Shown here one piece after another: positions 28,401-39,853 of a stretch of DNA of 64,000 nucleotides. The notes beneath the pieces were generated by a model. It made no database searches. It was not told where the DNA came from and saw only the letters and a list, made by a program, of their open reading frames with translations. Location: positions 10,864,338 to 10,928,337 of the forward strand of contig CM119265.1 of assembly GCA_051294375.1 (NCBI GenBank), given 5' to 3'. Source of the DNA: Paraspadella gotoi. Lineage: Eukaryota; Animalia; Chaetognatha. Every line of letters starts with the position of its first letter. The first letter of the stretch is position 1. The position numbers were made by a program, and so were the translations under genes.

Positions 28401-29733
28401 CGAAAAAAGGAGGAGGCGGATACCGGAATTTGAAAATTTGGAAAAGTCTCGATCTCACCGTGGGAATTCCTCTCTTCCTTTCTCTTCGCGTCCCACACGT
28501 TTCCGTAGGGATCCTCCTCTTCTTCTTCGAAGATCGGAGCGTCCACTGTGTAAAGGAATTGTAAAAGAGAATGTCAAGAACATAAAAAAATCTTAAAAGC
28601 ATAAGGATCGTAGCAATCGCATAAGAAAAATCTGGATTGACGACAAATTTTGATACTAAAAAAAAATCAAATTTGAGAAAAGAAAATTTATTTATAAACA
28701 GAAAGAAAAAGAAGAAAAGAATAAATATAAAGAAAAAATATAAAGAAAAAAAAAGAAAAAGAATAGAAAGGAAAGAAAGAATAGAAAGGAAAGAAAAAAT
28801 AAAAAGGAAAGAATAGAAAAGAAAGAAAGAATAGAAAGGAAAGAAAGAATAGAAAGGAAAGAAAGAATAGAAAGGAAAGAAAGAATAGAAAGGAAAGAAA
28901 GAATAACAATTTTGATACTAAAAAAAATCAAATTTGAGAAAAGAAAATTAATTTATAAACAGAAAGAAAAATTATATTTTGCGATTGTCAATTAAAAAAA
29001 ATAATAAAGTACCAAAGAAAATTAAAGTTACAATTTCTGAAAAAAAAATACTTTTTCATTGTCAAAAAATCTTAAAAGCATAAGGATCGTCGCAATCGCA
29101 TAAAAAAAATCTGGATTGACGACCAATTTTGATACTAAAAAAAATCAAATTTGAGAAAATTTAATTAATTTATAAACAGAAAGAAAAAGAAGAAAAGAAT
29201 AAATATAAAGAAAGAATAGAAAGAAAAGAAAGAATAGAAAGGAAAAAAAGAAAGAATAGAAAGGAAAGAAAGAATAGAAAGGAAAAAAATAGAAAGAAAA
29301 GAAAGAATAGAAAGGAAAGAAAGAATAGAAAGGAAAGAGAATAGAAAAAAGAAAAAATTGAAAGGAAAGAAATAATAAAAAGGAAAGAAAGAATAGAAAG
29401 AAAAGAAAGAATAGAAAGGAAAGAAAAAATAGAAAGGAAAGAAAGAATAAAAAGAAAACAAAAAATAGAAAGGAAAGAAAGAATAGAAAGGAAAGAACGA
29501 ATAGAAAGGAAAGAAAGAATAGAAAGGAAAGAAATAATAGAAAGGAAAGAAATAATAGAAAGGAAAGAAAGAATAGAAAGGAAAAAAGAATAAAAAGGAA
29601 AAAAAGAATAAAAAGGAAAAAAGAATAGAAAGGAAAGAAAGAATAGAAAGGAAAGAAAGAATAGAAAGGAAAGAAAGAGAGAGTGACGAGGAGAAAGAAC
29701 GAAATAAAAACCCGATGTTTAACATGCACGAAT

Positions 29734-29775
<42 letters not shown>

Positions 29776-30645
29776 AAAGAAATCAAAAGGCAGCAGCAGA
29801 AGCAGCAGGAGAAAAGAGAGAAAAAGAATAAGCCCCTGTAGAGCCAGCTGCAAAAGAGAGAGGGAGAGAGACATATAATTAAAAGAGAAAAGAGAGAGAG
29901 AAAGAAATATGAAAATAAAAGAGAGAAAATTTGTTTGTTTTGATAAAACGTAAACAAAACATATTTAATAACTCAATTTTAAGGACATCGATGATGAGAA
30001 GCTGTATATAAATTTTCAGCTTCATACACCCAAATGTAATCATAAAAAAGGTGATCTATAATTTGGAACGCCAACGACGACGACGACGCTAAGCGATTGC
30101 GACGATAAAAAAATCAAAAGGCAGAAGCAGCAGGAGAAAAGAGAGAAAAAGAAAAAGCCCCTGCAGAGCCAGCTGCAGACTCGTTTTTTTTTCTTCGATG
30201 AATCAGCCTGGGGAAAAGAGAGAGAGAGAGCTATATATAATTAAAAGAGAAAAGGGAGAGAGAGAAGGAGACATAAAAATAATAAAGGAAATTGGTTTGT
30301 TTTGATAAAACGTAAACAAAACATATTTAATAACTGTCCTCACCCAATTTCAAGGACCTCGATGATGAGAAGCTGTATATAAATTTTCAGCTTCATACAC
30401 CCAAATTTAATCATCAAAAAGGCGATCTATAAATTGGAACGCCGACGACAACAACAACGACGACGACTACGCCACTTATGCGCAAAAGCGTTACAAGATC
30501 GTCGCAATCGCTTTTTTACCAAATAAAGGAAAGGGGATAAAAATATAAAGGATAATTGTTGCATGTGTTAAATGCAAATTCTTTTCTGGATAAAAAAAAA
30601 CAGTCAAACAGAAATCCATTAATGCTTATGGAGACAGTGCCCGCT

Positions 30646-30686
<41 letters not shown>

Positions 30687-32826
30687 CAAGTTAAAACAAT
30701 TTTTCTCTCAAAATAAAGGAACCCGAATGACTCATTTGAATTTTACCGAAGACTAAAAAGGGAATTTACCGAACCAAAAATAAATGGATGACTCGAACGT
30801 ATTACTCCATAATGTGTATTCAGTATTGTGTAATGTGTATGAAAATTTGCAAATTACTACTTATTTACTACTTATTTAATAAATTAAATGACCAACCACG
30901 CGTCTACACCCTCAATTGAATCATACCCCGAGCGACGGAGGTTGCTTGACCCTTGGCCGGAGTGGGAGTGTCATAGAGGAGACCGACGTCGGCTTCTTCC
31001 GGCGTCGGCGTTTGTTTAACGGGATAGAGCGGCTCCATAACGTCGACCGAGGATTGGAGAAAAAGGGACGCCGCCGGCGTAACTGAGAAGATCCATTGTG
31101 TATTGTGAAAAAGTTTGGGGAATCATGGCATTATGACACTAAATCTGAAAGACTAACCTCCATCCTCCGACAAAGCCGAAGACGCGACCCTCGACGAAAC
31201 CCTCGACGATGCCGGACTCGGCACGTCGTAAGTTTCGAAGGGAAACGGCGATTGGACGGAAACCGGAGACGCCCTCGTCGTCGCGATCGTCGACGACCCA
31301 ATTGGCGCCCCTTCTGCTGGAAGCGACGCCAGCGAAGACGAAGATTTGAAAAGAGTATCGGCGCGAACTGGCGCTGGCTTTTTGTGCGGTCGCGGCGCCG
31401 TGCAAAAGATGGAGCTGGTCTGCGGAGGCTGCTGTTGGTTATTTAAAGGCGGCGAGACAAGAGAGACCGGCGCCGTGGCGGGAGTGTCATAAATGTCGGC
31501 GTCGAAGCTCGAAGACGTCGCCAAGTGCGTCGTCGCCGGACGAGGGATGTTTAACTTGAGACCCGTCCCAGAAGAAAAGACGGGAACGTTGTAAAAATCC
31601 TCGGAAACGGAGCTGTCTGAAAATGGGTTAACTATTTAGATTTCGAATGATACAATGTATGTAATGCATTCATTACTTACCCTTAGATATAAGAAGGTCG
31701 TTCTTTTCGACTGGCGGTGTCGAAATCGTCTGTGGCGTTTGTAAATTTGGCGGCGCTTGCGGCGTTGACTGCGGCTGCGGTGTTTGGGGCGACGACAAGC
31801 TGGCGCTTTTCTTAAGAGGCGTCGGTCGATGCGGAGGGATAATGTAGAAAGAATGCTCGCCTAAAAGAGTCATATCAAAACAAATTTAACTATTTTCGAA
31901 ACGACCACTTCTGCCTTAGGTCAATAATACCAGGGCCGATGAATCCAGTCTCATCGAGGGATTCGTATTCATGTTCGGTCTCCGGCGGCGTCGTCATCGT
32001 CCTCGCCGTCCCCAGCTTGGTTCTCGGGGCAGGCATCGGTTTGCGGTTTTGAAGCGTCGTCGATCGAGGGGAACCTTAGATTACAAAGGTGTGCAGGTGC
32101 GGATTTAGTTTCTCGGTGAAGTGTAAAACAATCTTTACTTTTTCATGTAATCAATTGATATTTTATGTTTTCAACTGGTCATCACCTAAATTAACCTATT
32201 AAATTAATTTACTATAAAAGCTAACAGTTCTAACCTTTGCCTCCCTTTATTTCGATGTTGATCGTCTTCTTTCCTTTCGACGTCTCAGTCGATCCTCGCT
32301 TCCCACTATTCGAGACTTTTGCGTCGCCAACTTCGGTTCCATTGACGCCGAGATCGAGGGCGGGTGGCGCCGACGATCCGGGTGACGCCGGCGGTCCTTG
32401 CGGCACCGGCGTACTGGGAGGTCCTTTCGGCGCCGAGTCGAAAGGCGGATTCGGGGAGGAACCGAACGACGGTGAACGCGCAGGCACGGGAGGTTGCTCG
32501 GGCGGCTGAGGCGAAGGCTTGGCGGCCACCGGATCCGGCGACGTTGAGGGCAGTTGCGAAGATGGTTGCGCGGTGGAGTTTCCCGAGGAGTCGTCTGGGT
32601 CAACCGGCCGGATAAAGAGGCTCCGGGATCGAGGTTTCGGCATCGGCTTTTTGCACAAAGAGGCGCCGCCTTCCGTCGACGACGCCAGACCGGAAACGGA
32701 CGTGGATTTCGGTAGCGGAGACGACGACGGCTCATTGTTGGCGCCGGGAATAGCACTCGTTCCATTGGCGCCGGCGAAGGAGACATTCTCGTAGACGGAG
32801 CCTACTCCGACTACTTCGTCTCCCAT
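4182..32826 (-). CDS. ARAP: ARAP-family protein (ArfGAP, RhoGAP, ankyrin, PH and RA domains), multi-exon
   Basis: Start MGDEVVGVGSVYENV at 32826, then long low-complexity N-terminal exons. PH motifs (GVRQGWLYKL at ~26120; FTFAAETLEEMREWQEAM at ~22950). ArfGAP zinc finger CADC-x16-CKDCSGAHRELGVSYSKVRSLKMD at ~20410-20650. RhoGAP (VPVIVEECLAFILSHGLSSPGIYRRSG...NYATLKALLVHL...NLSAIFGPTL) at 16130-16920. RA-like exon at ~8155-8400 and last PH helix (FRWVAGLLLTKHNG) at ~4430. GT-AG introns. An apparent frameshift near 4650-4670 may be an assembly error. Confidence 0.88.
5570..5802 (+). mobile_element. Solo LTR-like repeat (family 2) with tRNA-Gly-like head and twister fold
   Basis: 233 bp, TATGG...TTCA, 4-bp TSD ATAA. 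The empty host site is visible at ~11391-11420 (aacagtaaaataacttattttcgag). Near-identical to 41956-42189. Confidence 0.75.
5676..5749 (+). ncRNA. Type-P5 twister ribozyme candidate
   Basis: GCAGU..GG-GA-CGG-GGCGCU-UAA-CCC-GC-CUGUAAC/GUUACAG-CCUGA UCCGAAGC UCAGG-G-ACUGC. Confidence 0.75.
6228..7680 (+). mobile_element. Helentron-associated non-autonomous element (HINE/DINE-1-like), family A
   Basis: T-run then hairpin gtcgggtctgc ttatca gcagatcccgac; (ccgt)n microsatellite; 3' subTIR gcagatccgac plus small stem gtttgctcaaac; no TSD. Confidence 0.7.
10114..10927 (+). mobile_element. Second 5'-truncated Penelope-like element (GIY-YIG C-terminal remnant) with inverted pseudo-LTRs and a degenerate hammerhead
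   Basis: RSFETRTAEHKRAAESGNWRHSGLTQHREHC...LRVEEALWIR is homologous to the 18340 ORF. Inverted repeats ~10114-10324 and 10737-10927. Degenerate core GGCC-UUGAAAA-U-GAACCA..UGGUUU-GAA-UGCAU-GGUC. Confidence 0.85.
10965..12092 (-). mobile_element. HINE-like family B; further whole or partial copies at ~5130-8095, 20680-22845 and 28588-30512
   Basis: One end reads cttaaaagcataaggatcgtcgcaat; the other is the hairpin atcgtcgcaaaacgcttagcgattgcgacgat followed by an A-run; (gac)n and (ga)n microsatellites inside. Confidence 0.65.
17914..19047 (+). mobile_element. 5'-truncated Penelope-like element (RT C-terminal linker plus GIY-YIG endonuclease) with inverted pseudo-LTRs
   Basis: ORFs 18065-18379 and 18340-18882: RAERLCST...DNGH; LPYIPG; KGVYKFSCSC...YVGET.RSF..R..EH...SGISQH...EALWIR...GLNDDLG. 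Inverted repeats of ~165 bp at 17914-18077 and 18880-19047. Confidence 0.9.
18957..18999 (+). ncRNA. Minimal type I hammerhead ribozyme in the PLE pseudo-LTR (inverted copy at 17962-18004, minus strand)
   Basis: UGGCC-CUGAAGA-U-GAUCU...GGAUC-GAAA-UA-UU-GGUCA; stem III reduced to the palindrome AAUAUU. Confidence 0.8.
23584..25328 (-). mobile_element. HINE-like family A copy with an 18-19-bp tandem array (23785-24050)
   Basis: Same termini as 6228-7680, inverted. Confidence 0.7.
25034..25200 (-). mobile_element. Short PLE pseudo-LTR remnant with hammerhead, inserted in a Helentron-type repeat
   Basis: Minus strand reads GCG-CUGAA-GGCUC UUAUGC GAGUC-GAAA-CAUG-UC-CGU; partial inverted copy at 25178-25198; flanked by duplicated gcataatttat. 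Confidence 0.6.
29205..29680. repeat. 18-bp purine-rich minisatellite (aaagaaagaatagaaagg)n inside family B; also at 11100-11260 and 28755-28905
   Basis: Tandem units are directly visible. Confidence 0.9.
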
Positions 32827-33347
32827 TCTCGAGTCCGTTCAAAGTTTTGATTTTGGCGCTAAAATTTCAACCGAACGAAGATCGCTCGGCGCGAGAGTCG
32901 CATGCGTGCTTGTAGCTGATCTGTTGCATCTTGTAGCATTTAATTGGACTTTTTCAATAACAGTATTTTTTCTTTCGTTTCTTCATGTTAGAAAAATTTG
33001 AAAGGCACTGAAGATGTCGTCTACGTAAGACGCAAATAACATCTTCGTTGGGATTACCTGAGAGAAAGAGAAAGAAAAAGGAAGAGCCTTCGAAAAAAGA
33101 AAACAAGGTAATTAGTATAACGAAAACAAAACAGAAAACATCGACGGAAAAAACGTAAGGATAAAGTCGAGAAATATTTTACCGAGGGTTAAAAGGGGAA
33201 AAGGGATGTCGGTGAAGAAAATAACAACAACGAAGATTTGGAGCGAAAACATCGAAGAGGCGCAAAGATCAAAGTCTAGATCCAAAAAAAATCCGACTCC
33301 TCTCGAAAAAAAAAATTATCGAAACAACTTATTTCATTTGTTAGGGG

Positions 33348-33414
<67 letters not shown>

Positions 33415-33452
33415 TGTGTTTCTCGTAAACGTGAGTTTTCAACGATCGAGTT

Positions 33453-34672
33453 CTAATCCCAAAACCCGTCGACGTCTTCCGCCCAATCGTCTTGCGATCC
33501 AAGAGCAGCTTCTCTTCTCTCCCCATCTCCTCCTCCTCCTTCGTCATAACCGACCTTTTCAGTTCCTCCCTCTACTTCCTCTACTTCTCGCCGCGGCGCC
33601 ATCGTTTCGGCGCCGAACTTCGCCCGGCGCCCGAGTTGGCGCGCGAGTTTCTTAGAGTTAGGCGGCGGCGGCGCCGGTTTTACGAGACCGGATGTCACGT
33701 GATAATAGACGATGGTGGCGCCGCGACTCACAATACCGAGAGTGAGTTTGGGAGAGAAAGCGCGCGGCATTGAGACGCTGCAGTTTTGAATGGATTCTGA
33801 GGAATCGGCCAGCGAGTTTGACGAACATTCTGGTCCGACGGATATGTTCTCTTCACTGGGGCTTTCTACCTCATCGGGGTTCGGTGCTGTTACCTCGGGA
33901 TCATCTCGGACGGTCTTCCTTGCAGAAGAAAACAAAAGAACAGGAAAATTTAATTGTGACATCCTTCTGGTTCATCGCGAAGAAGCCTCTTCTGAGCTTA
34001 AAACTTCAACCAAATGTCCGAAGAACTAAAACGAGAACCAAACGCCCCCGATAACAATCGCGGGAATTCCGATCGACATTCGCCAATTCGCTCACTCGTT
34101 ATAGACGAATCTTCTTCGAATCGAAAACAGAGGGAGAACATATTTTCCCTCGTTCGAAACGGACTCCCGATAGTCGAGATATTTCTGGTGATTGGAAAAC
34201 TACCTCTTTTTTGCCGCGCTTCCAAAACAAGTCGCTTTATCTAAAGCAAGAAAAACAGGGTCCCACTTGCCTGCAGAAACTCTCGCTTCGCCCTCTCCGC
34301 TCCCTTTAATAACCCCGCTATTTTTCGCATCGAGAGTCCGAGGTCGTCGGGCGTCGGGAGGACGAGATGGAGTGGTCCGCGTTTCGAGGGCGATCCCACG
34401 ACGAGGATCGAGTCGAGGGCTTCGTCGCGGAAAAACGACAGATGCCACCACTGCTTTCCTGAGAAGGATCGAAGGGACAAAATCATGAAAAGATAAGACA
34501 GAAGTTGAACAATTTGAGGTTTACTTTCGCAGAGATCGAGAAAGACGACGGCGGCTCGGAGGGCGGAATCTTCCGTCGTCGCGGGAAAAGACTTCATTTC
34601 TAAGAAAACGGGATGATCGGAAATTTGAAGAGGCAGGCAAATGGGTTGGGGGGAAGAGTTCGTGTTTTCCAT
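33453..34672 (-). CDS. TSEN15: tRNA-splicing endonuclease subunit Sen15-like, multi-exon
   Basis: HPVFLEM...AAVVFLDLCE / KQWW...LVVG...LVLPTP and LTLGIVSRGATIVYYHVTSGLVKP match the Sen15 pattern (HP.YLEM, VYLDL.E.K.W, TLAIV..D.TIVYY.LT.G...P). Start codon and middle exon structure uncertain. Confidence 0.75.
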
Positions 34673-34982
34673 CGTTAAGATCGACTAAGTCATCTTATCT
34701 TTAATTCCATGTAAGGGGAAAGGAAAAAGGCATAACAAATTTAAAACGATTTGACAAAGGAATGAATTCAATTGTCTCCAATCGCAAAAGCTAAAAATTA
34801 TTTCCATATCAGTGCAACATAGAAAAAGGCAAAGATTGAAATACACTTGAATTATTAAAAAAAAGGACTAGTTGAACCCAGGACGAATAAGTTTTGATGT
34901 AGAACATAAGCGACGCTTAAGCACAATAAACCGATAATTTTTTTTCATTTTTTTTTCCTCCAGCAATTCGGGAGAAAGGCAA

Positions 34983-35583
34983 TCACTTCATGGCCACCAC
35001 CATGGAGATGAACTGCTCGTAGTGGATCTGGATCCACCCGTTGCGGTCGCGGTCGTGCGCCTGGAATCCGTTGGTCAGCGTCTGCAGAGTCACGCAGAGT
35101 TGGATGAAGTCGTCGAAGGCGATGACGCCAGAGTTTTTTCGATCGAATTTTTTGACGAAGAGCTGAACCGTCTGCGGTTGAAGATTGAAGCCCATTTGGC
35201 GCAGGGCCGCCCCTAATTCGTTGGGATCGATGAAGCCGGAGCCGTCGCGGTCGTAACTGCGGAAGGTCGTCTGCCAGTCAGTCACGTATTTCCAGAGTTG
35301 ACCGAATTCTGAAAGTGAAGGCGATGCGAAAAAAGATTATAAAGAAAATCTCGTAGTAAATAAAAAGGATTATTCGGATTAGTTAACTTGTCTCACCCTG
35401 AAAATTAATGGTTCCCGACTGATCCCTATCAAACATGATGATCATAAGCCTGAGTGTCTCGGGATTGAAAGGCGCCCAAGTGCCGTTCTTTAACGCATTG
35501 CCTAATTCTTGAGCCGTGATCTGACCAGATCTGTCCATGTCCACTTGGGAGAACATATTCCACAAAAACTGTTGGTCCGCCAT
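34983..35583 (-). CDS. PDCD6: Programmed cell death 6 / ALG-2 penta-EF-hand protein, 2 exons (~35398-35583, 34983-~35308)
   Basis: MADQQFLWNMFSQVDMDRSGQITAQELGNALKNGTWAPFNPETLRLMIIMFDRD...EFGQLWKYVTDWQTTFRSYDRDGSG...IAFDDFIQLCVTLQTLT..F..HDRDRNGWIQIHYEQFISMV. Confidence 0.95.
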
Positions 35584-35686
35584 ATTCGCCGAAAGGTTTT
35601 TTTTTTGTTCCTTTGGGTTGAAATCCTTTTAACACACAATGTTTGGTTCTAATCAACAATAACAACAAACAAGTTAGTTGGCACAT

Positions 35687-37634
35687 TTAAAATAAATCCG
35701 AAAACGTTACCCACAAAAAGAGACCAAAAAACATCAAATCAAATTGAAATGGATTTGACGTCGTCGCCGTTGCAAACGACGAGTTTCTCCTCTTTCGTCT
35801 TCGTGTAGAGGGCGGCGTACTTCACGGCCGCCTTAACGGCGGGAAGCAGCCATCGCGCGGTGAAGGCTTCTCTCTGCTCGTCCCTCGACGTCGGGAAGTC
35901 GGAGGAAGGATCCAGGCGGCGGAGGAATCCGAGAACAAAGTCAAAGCAGTTATTGGCGTCGTCTGGGGAAAAGAAAAATAATTAAGAAATTAAAATATTT
36001 ACTACATTTCAAACTCATTCAAGTCAAATACTAACCGTCGTAAGTCAAGCAAGCCCCTTTGACATCGCCATCAATCGGGCGCGCCTCCTCCACGTGTCGC
36101 CGCAACGCTTCGTCCCAAACGTCTTCAGGCGATCGCTTCGGATTCGACCGCAAACGAAGTAAAGAGGGAGACGCGCGAAGGAGATCAAGGATGACGCAAT
36201 GGCGCCAGATCGAGTTTGAGGTCCGCACTCCGCCTAAAAAGAAAATCACATCCACCTCTTGGTCTAACGGGAAAAAAATATCATGGCAAGCGAATACTAA
36301 TCCAGATTCTAAGACTGAGGACGAATTCCCCCTCTATTAAAATCCGGTTTCGACGACGTCTTGATCTCATCTCATTTTTCTTATTATCATTATTTTTTTT
36401 TCAAAAAGAATTCTTTTTTTTTCATCGTTGGCGAAACTTTTCGCCAAAAAGTCTAGCCCGCGGCCGTTGAGAAACCCCGGCGCGTAATCAAGCAGAGCCT
36501 AATTCGATTTAATCTTTTCTCTCAACCACATCGAGAAGATTACTGTAACGACGCCGAGGGGGAGGTTCTCTCCAGCGCTTCGATACCCAAAAGTTCATTT
36601 CTCGCCGGAAAAAAAAAAATCCGAGTGCCGACTTTTCGATCGATCGGCAACAGAAATAGATTACATTTTTACTTAATGCAATTTACGAACTAATCCCGTA
36701 ATTTTTTTTTTATTTTAAAGATTTCTTTCGAAGTTGTTTGGCTTCGTAATTATTCAAAACAAGTCAGTCACCAGGACCATACCAGAGGACCACCACGACC
36801 AGCCCCTTCCCCATCCAACATACCTCTGTCAAAATCGTAGGCGATCCCATAGGAATCCGTGACTCCGACGTGCAAATCGTCGTACAACGCATAGTCACGC
36901 AAAAAGTCGCCCTTTGACGGTCGAACGAGGATCGAGCAAGGATGATCCGTCCCTCGGCGAAAGGGAGAAGGGAATCGAAAGGCGCGAAAGAAAACGGAAG
37001 ACGACGATCGAGATGGCAACGATGGCGCTCCCTCGTTGCAGTGATTACGTCGCCTTTTTTTCTGTTGTTCATAGTCAGATTGCTCTTTTGTCCAACCGAG
37101 ATCGAAAGGGTCGAAGTCATCCCTAAACGAGACGACGCGATCGAAATTCTCGATTGAAAAAGTTGAGTCGTCAGAGCGAAGGATTTTCGAAGAAATTCCA
37201 TCCTGGTTCTCGAGAGAACCCAATCCGGGATTCCGTTCCCGCCGAGCCCGGGTTCGCTGAGTAAACAAAACTGAGTCAACGGGGAAAGACGGGGAGTCGA
37301 GGGGGAAGGTAAGGTCAGGTGAGGAAGGAGACGACGACGAAGAAGAAGAAAGAGACGACCCGCAAAGAGGGCAAAAGGCCGGAAGAGTCAAGCAAAGAAT
37401 TTTCACGCCGACTTTGCAATGGGTGAAGCAAAGGAGAGGATCGTTCAATGGAGAGGAACAGTCGGAGGCGTAGGGAGAAGGGGAGGAATAGGAAGAAGGG
37501 GAGGAATAGAGAGAGGAATAGCGAGAGGGAGAAGAGTAGAAAGAAGGGTTTGTATAAAAGGAAGGATGCGAAGGTTCGGATGAAAAGTCGGAAAGATTCG
37601 AAACCGAAGAAGAGGCCGTCATTAAAAACGACAT
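35687..37634 (-). CDS. MKRN2OS: MKRN2 opposite strand protein-like (C3orf83 family), multi-exon
   Basis: LLCFTHC...LPAFCPLC; FPSPF..G..HPCSILVRPSKGDFLRDY....DLHVGVTDSYGIAYDFD; WRHCV; DVWDEAL; NNCFDFVLGFL; FTARWLLP...AVKYAALY. Start and exact C-terminus uncertain. Confidence 0.8.
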
Positions 37635-38379
37635 TTCCCCCCCCTTCGCTCTCGTTTGTTTGTTCAAGTAGAGATCGACTGAAAAGGAAGACGAGAAACG
37701 AGGCGACGATCAAACAGGATTTCCTTTTTGTTCTTTTATTGACGGACGGAAGCGGCGCTGGAGTCGTCGTGGCCCCGGAGTGGCGAAGATTCAATCGAAG
37801 AGGGGGGGGACTGAAAGATTGGGTTGAACTTTTGGGGAGTTTTATTTTGTCAAAAATCTGTTAAAGTCCGTTTTTCCTCGATTTTTTTTTCCGAGTGACG
37901 GGTGTTCCAAGTTTTACGACGGCGAACACGACGAAATCGCCGAGTAAAGGATTTGAGTAAAGGATTTGAGGAAACGATCCCCAAAACGAAAATGAGATTT
38001 GAGGGATTATAATCCTGCTTTGCAACCATCTTCAAATAACTTAAAGTCCAGTCATTTCCGTTTCTTTGTCGCAGTCCTTTCATTAGATTCCCTTATATTT
38101 TGCATTCGGAAATAACGGCGGTTTATGGTTTTCGATAAGTTTCATTTTTTTGGACACTTGAGTGAAGAACTTTCAATTGTTTGTCTTGCGGTACGATTTT
38201 TTTTATCGAGGGAGCGATGGATAAACAGAGCGAGAAATTCCAAAGAATTTACGCCGCTGCATCGAAAGCTTTCGAATGACACTTGCCAACTTGGCATTAG
38301 ACAATTTGAATTTGAGTTTGGATTTTTTGTCTCCGTTTTGACAACCTTGGTCTGACAAGATCTCACTTCTGTTTCAACG

Positions 38380-38802
38380 TCATCTTGGCTTGATCTTCCT
38401 CTTAGCGGCGGCCTTCTGAAAGCAGTCCTTCAAGGCTCGAAACTCTTTGGCGCAATCGTCTTTGGCCGGATTCTCGCGCATGGCGACGCATTCTCCATAC
38501 ACCGTCGCCTCGCTTCGACAATCTGTCAAATTTTAAATTTATTCTTATATTTTTGTAGAAAAAGTTTTTCAATTTTTATTTTGGTCCAGGCTTAGGTGTT
38601 ATGATTATCATGAAATTATTAGCGTGTGACTAATTTATAATTATTTACATATTTATAACGAGAGAAAATTCAACCGCGAATGTTTTGAATGAAACCTAAA
38701 TGCAAACTAATGAATAATTCGCGTTTCTTAACCTTGGAGGAGAGTTGGAAAATTCTTCCACAATCGCTGATGAGCCGATCGTACCGATGATTGTCCCGAC
38801 AT
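38380..38802 (-). CDS. NDUFAF8: Complex I assembly factor NDUFAF8-like twin-Cx9C protein, 2 exons (missed by the ORF track)
   Basis: Manual translation: MSGQSSVRSAHQRLWKNFPTLLQ|DCRSEATVYGECVAMRENPAKDDCAKEFRALKDCFQKAAAKRKIKPR*; GT-AG intron at ~38523-38732. Confidence 0.85.
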
Positions 38803-38951
38803 ATTTTTAACTTTAAGAAGTCAAATTTAGTCTCAGCTAAAAAATATATTCATTATTCATTTATTAACCATCTGTAATAAAAAATAAAACGACAGTTTCA
38901 GTCGATGGCATAATAATCATTGAAACGCGAGGAGCAACTCAAGAGGTTTTC

Positions 38952-39661
38952 CTACTCCGATCGAGTCAAAAACTGAAAGCTGTCGTCCAAGACTTCTTGG
39001 AGATCAGGAAACCTCGCCAGCGCCTTCGCCTCATCAAGCTCGACCCACTTAAAATCCCGATGCTCGTCTGAGATGACGACGGGCGTCTCCGGGTCGATCA
39101 GCTCCGCCAACCAGTAGACGACGCGCTTGGGTTTCCCACGGGCGTAGTAGTTGAGCTCCTTGACGAAGCCATTGACGATGCGAAGGGCGGATGTGGGCAG
39201 GGCGGCTTCTTCCATTGTCTCTCTGGATAAAGATTAGATTAGATTAGATTTAGAAACCGCGAGTTACATGTTCCAAGTCGTTTCATTTATTTTTCGTTCT
39301 TCCGCTTATTCTTTCATTATTCTTTTATGAATTATCGGAGGTCGAAATATCTTAAAAAGTTAGCATCTGTTCACAACCTGTTAATAATATGTAATGAGAT
39401 AGCATTACTCTGGGACAATAATATTTTCATTTTCTCTCATTCATTTTGTTAATTCTTTTTTTCATCCGTTCCTTTCTTTTTAACTCTTAACTATTCCCTC
39501 TCTCCTTTCCACCTGTAGGCAGCCTCCATCTCCTCTTCACCCGGATCCAAGTGGCCCTTAGGCGGGGACCACAAGTTCTCTTCAGAGGAGGCGTGAAGGA
39601 GAAGGAATTGAATTCGGGCGGCGACGCGACGAAATATCACAAAACCCGCGGCCACCAGCAT
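38952..39661 (-). CDS. NUDT2: Bis(5'-nucleosyl)-tetraphosphatase (Ap4A hydrolase), Nudix family, 2 exons
   Basis: MLVAAGFVIFRR...IQFLLLHASS...WSPPKGHLDPGEEEMEAAYR|ETMEEA (Nudix box)...ELNYYARGKPKRVVYWLAEL...ISDEHRDFKW. Confidence 0.93.
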
Positions 39662-39853
39662 TTTGGTTGAGACCGGGATTTTCGCGGCATCGAAAACACA
39701 GTCGATCGGGATTTCGGGAAAGTTTAGAAGCGAAGATCGAGCGAAGATAGAGAGAAAAGTTTTCCCAACTGTCGAAAGTTCGACTCGTTTTTCAGAGTCA
39801 AAGATCGAGTCAAAGCTGATTCTTTCTTTTTTTGTCTTTCTAAACTCTTAAGT

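Noticed and set aside
29145-29957. Long F/L/S-rich ORFs (270 aa, 186 aa, and 28688-28931)
   Set aside because: They are translations of the 18-bp purine minisatellite, not genes.
37448-37864. Plus-strand Arg/Lys-rich ORFs antisense to exons (here and throughout the window)
   Set aside because: Shadow ORFs of GC-rich minus-strand exons with no independent coding signal.
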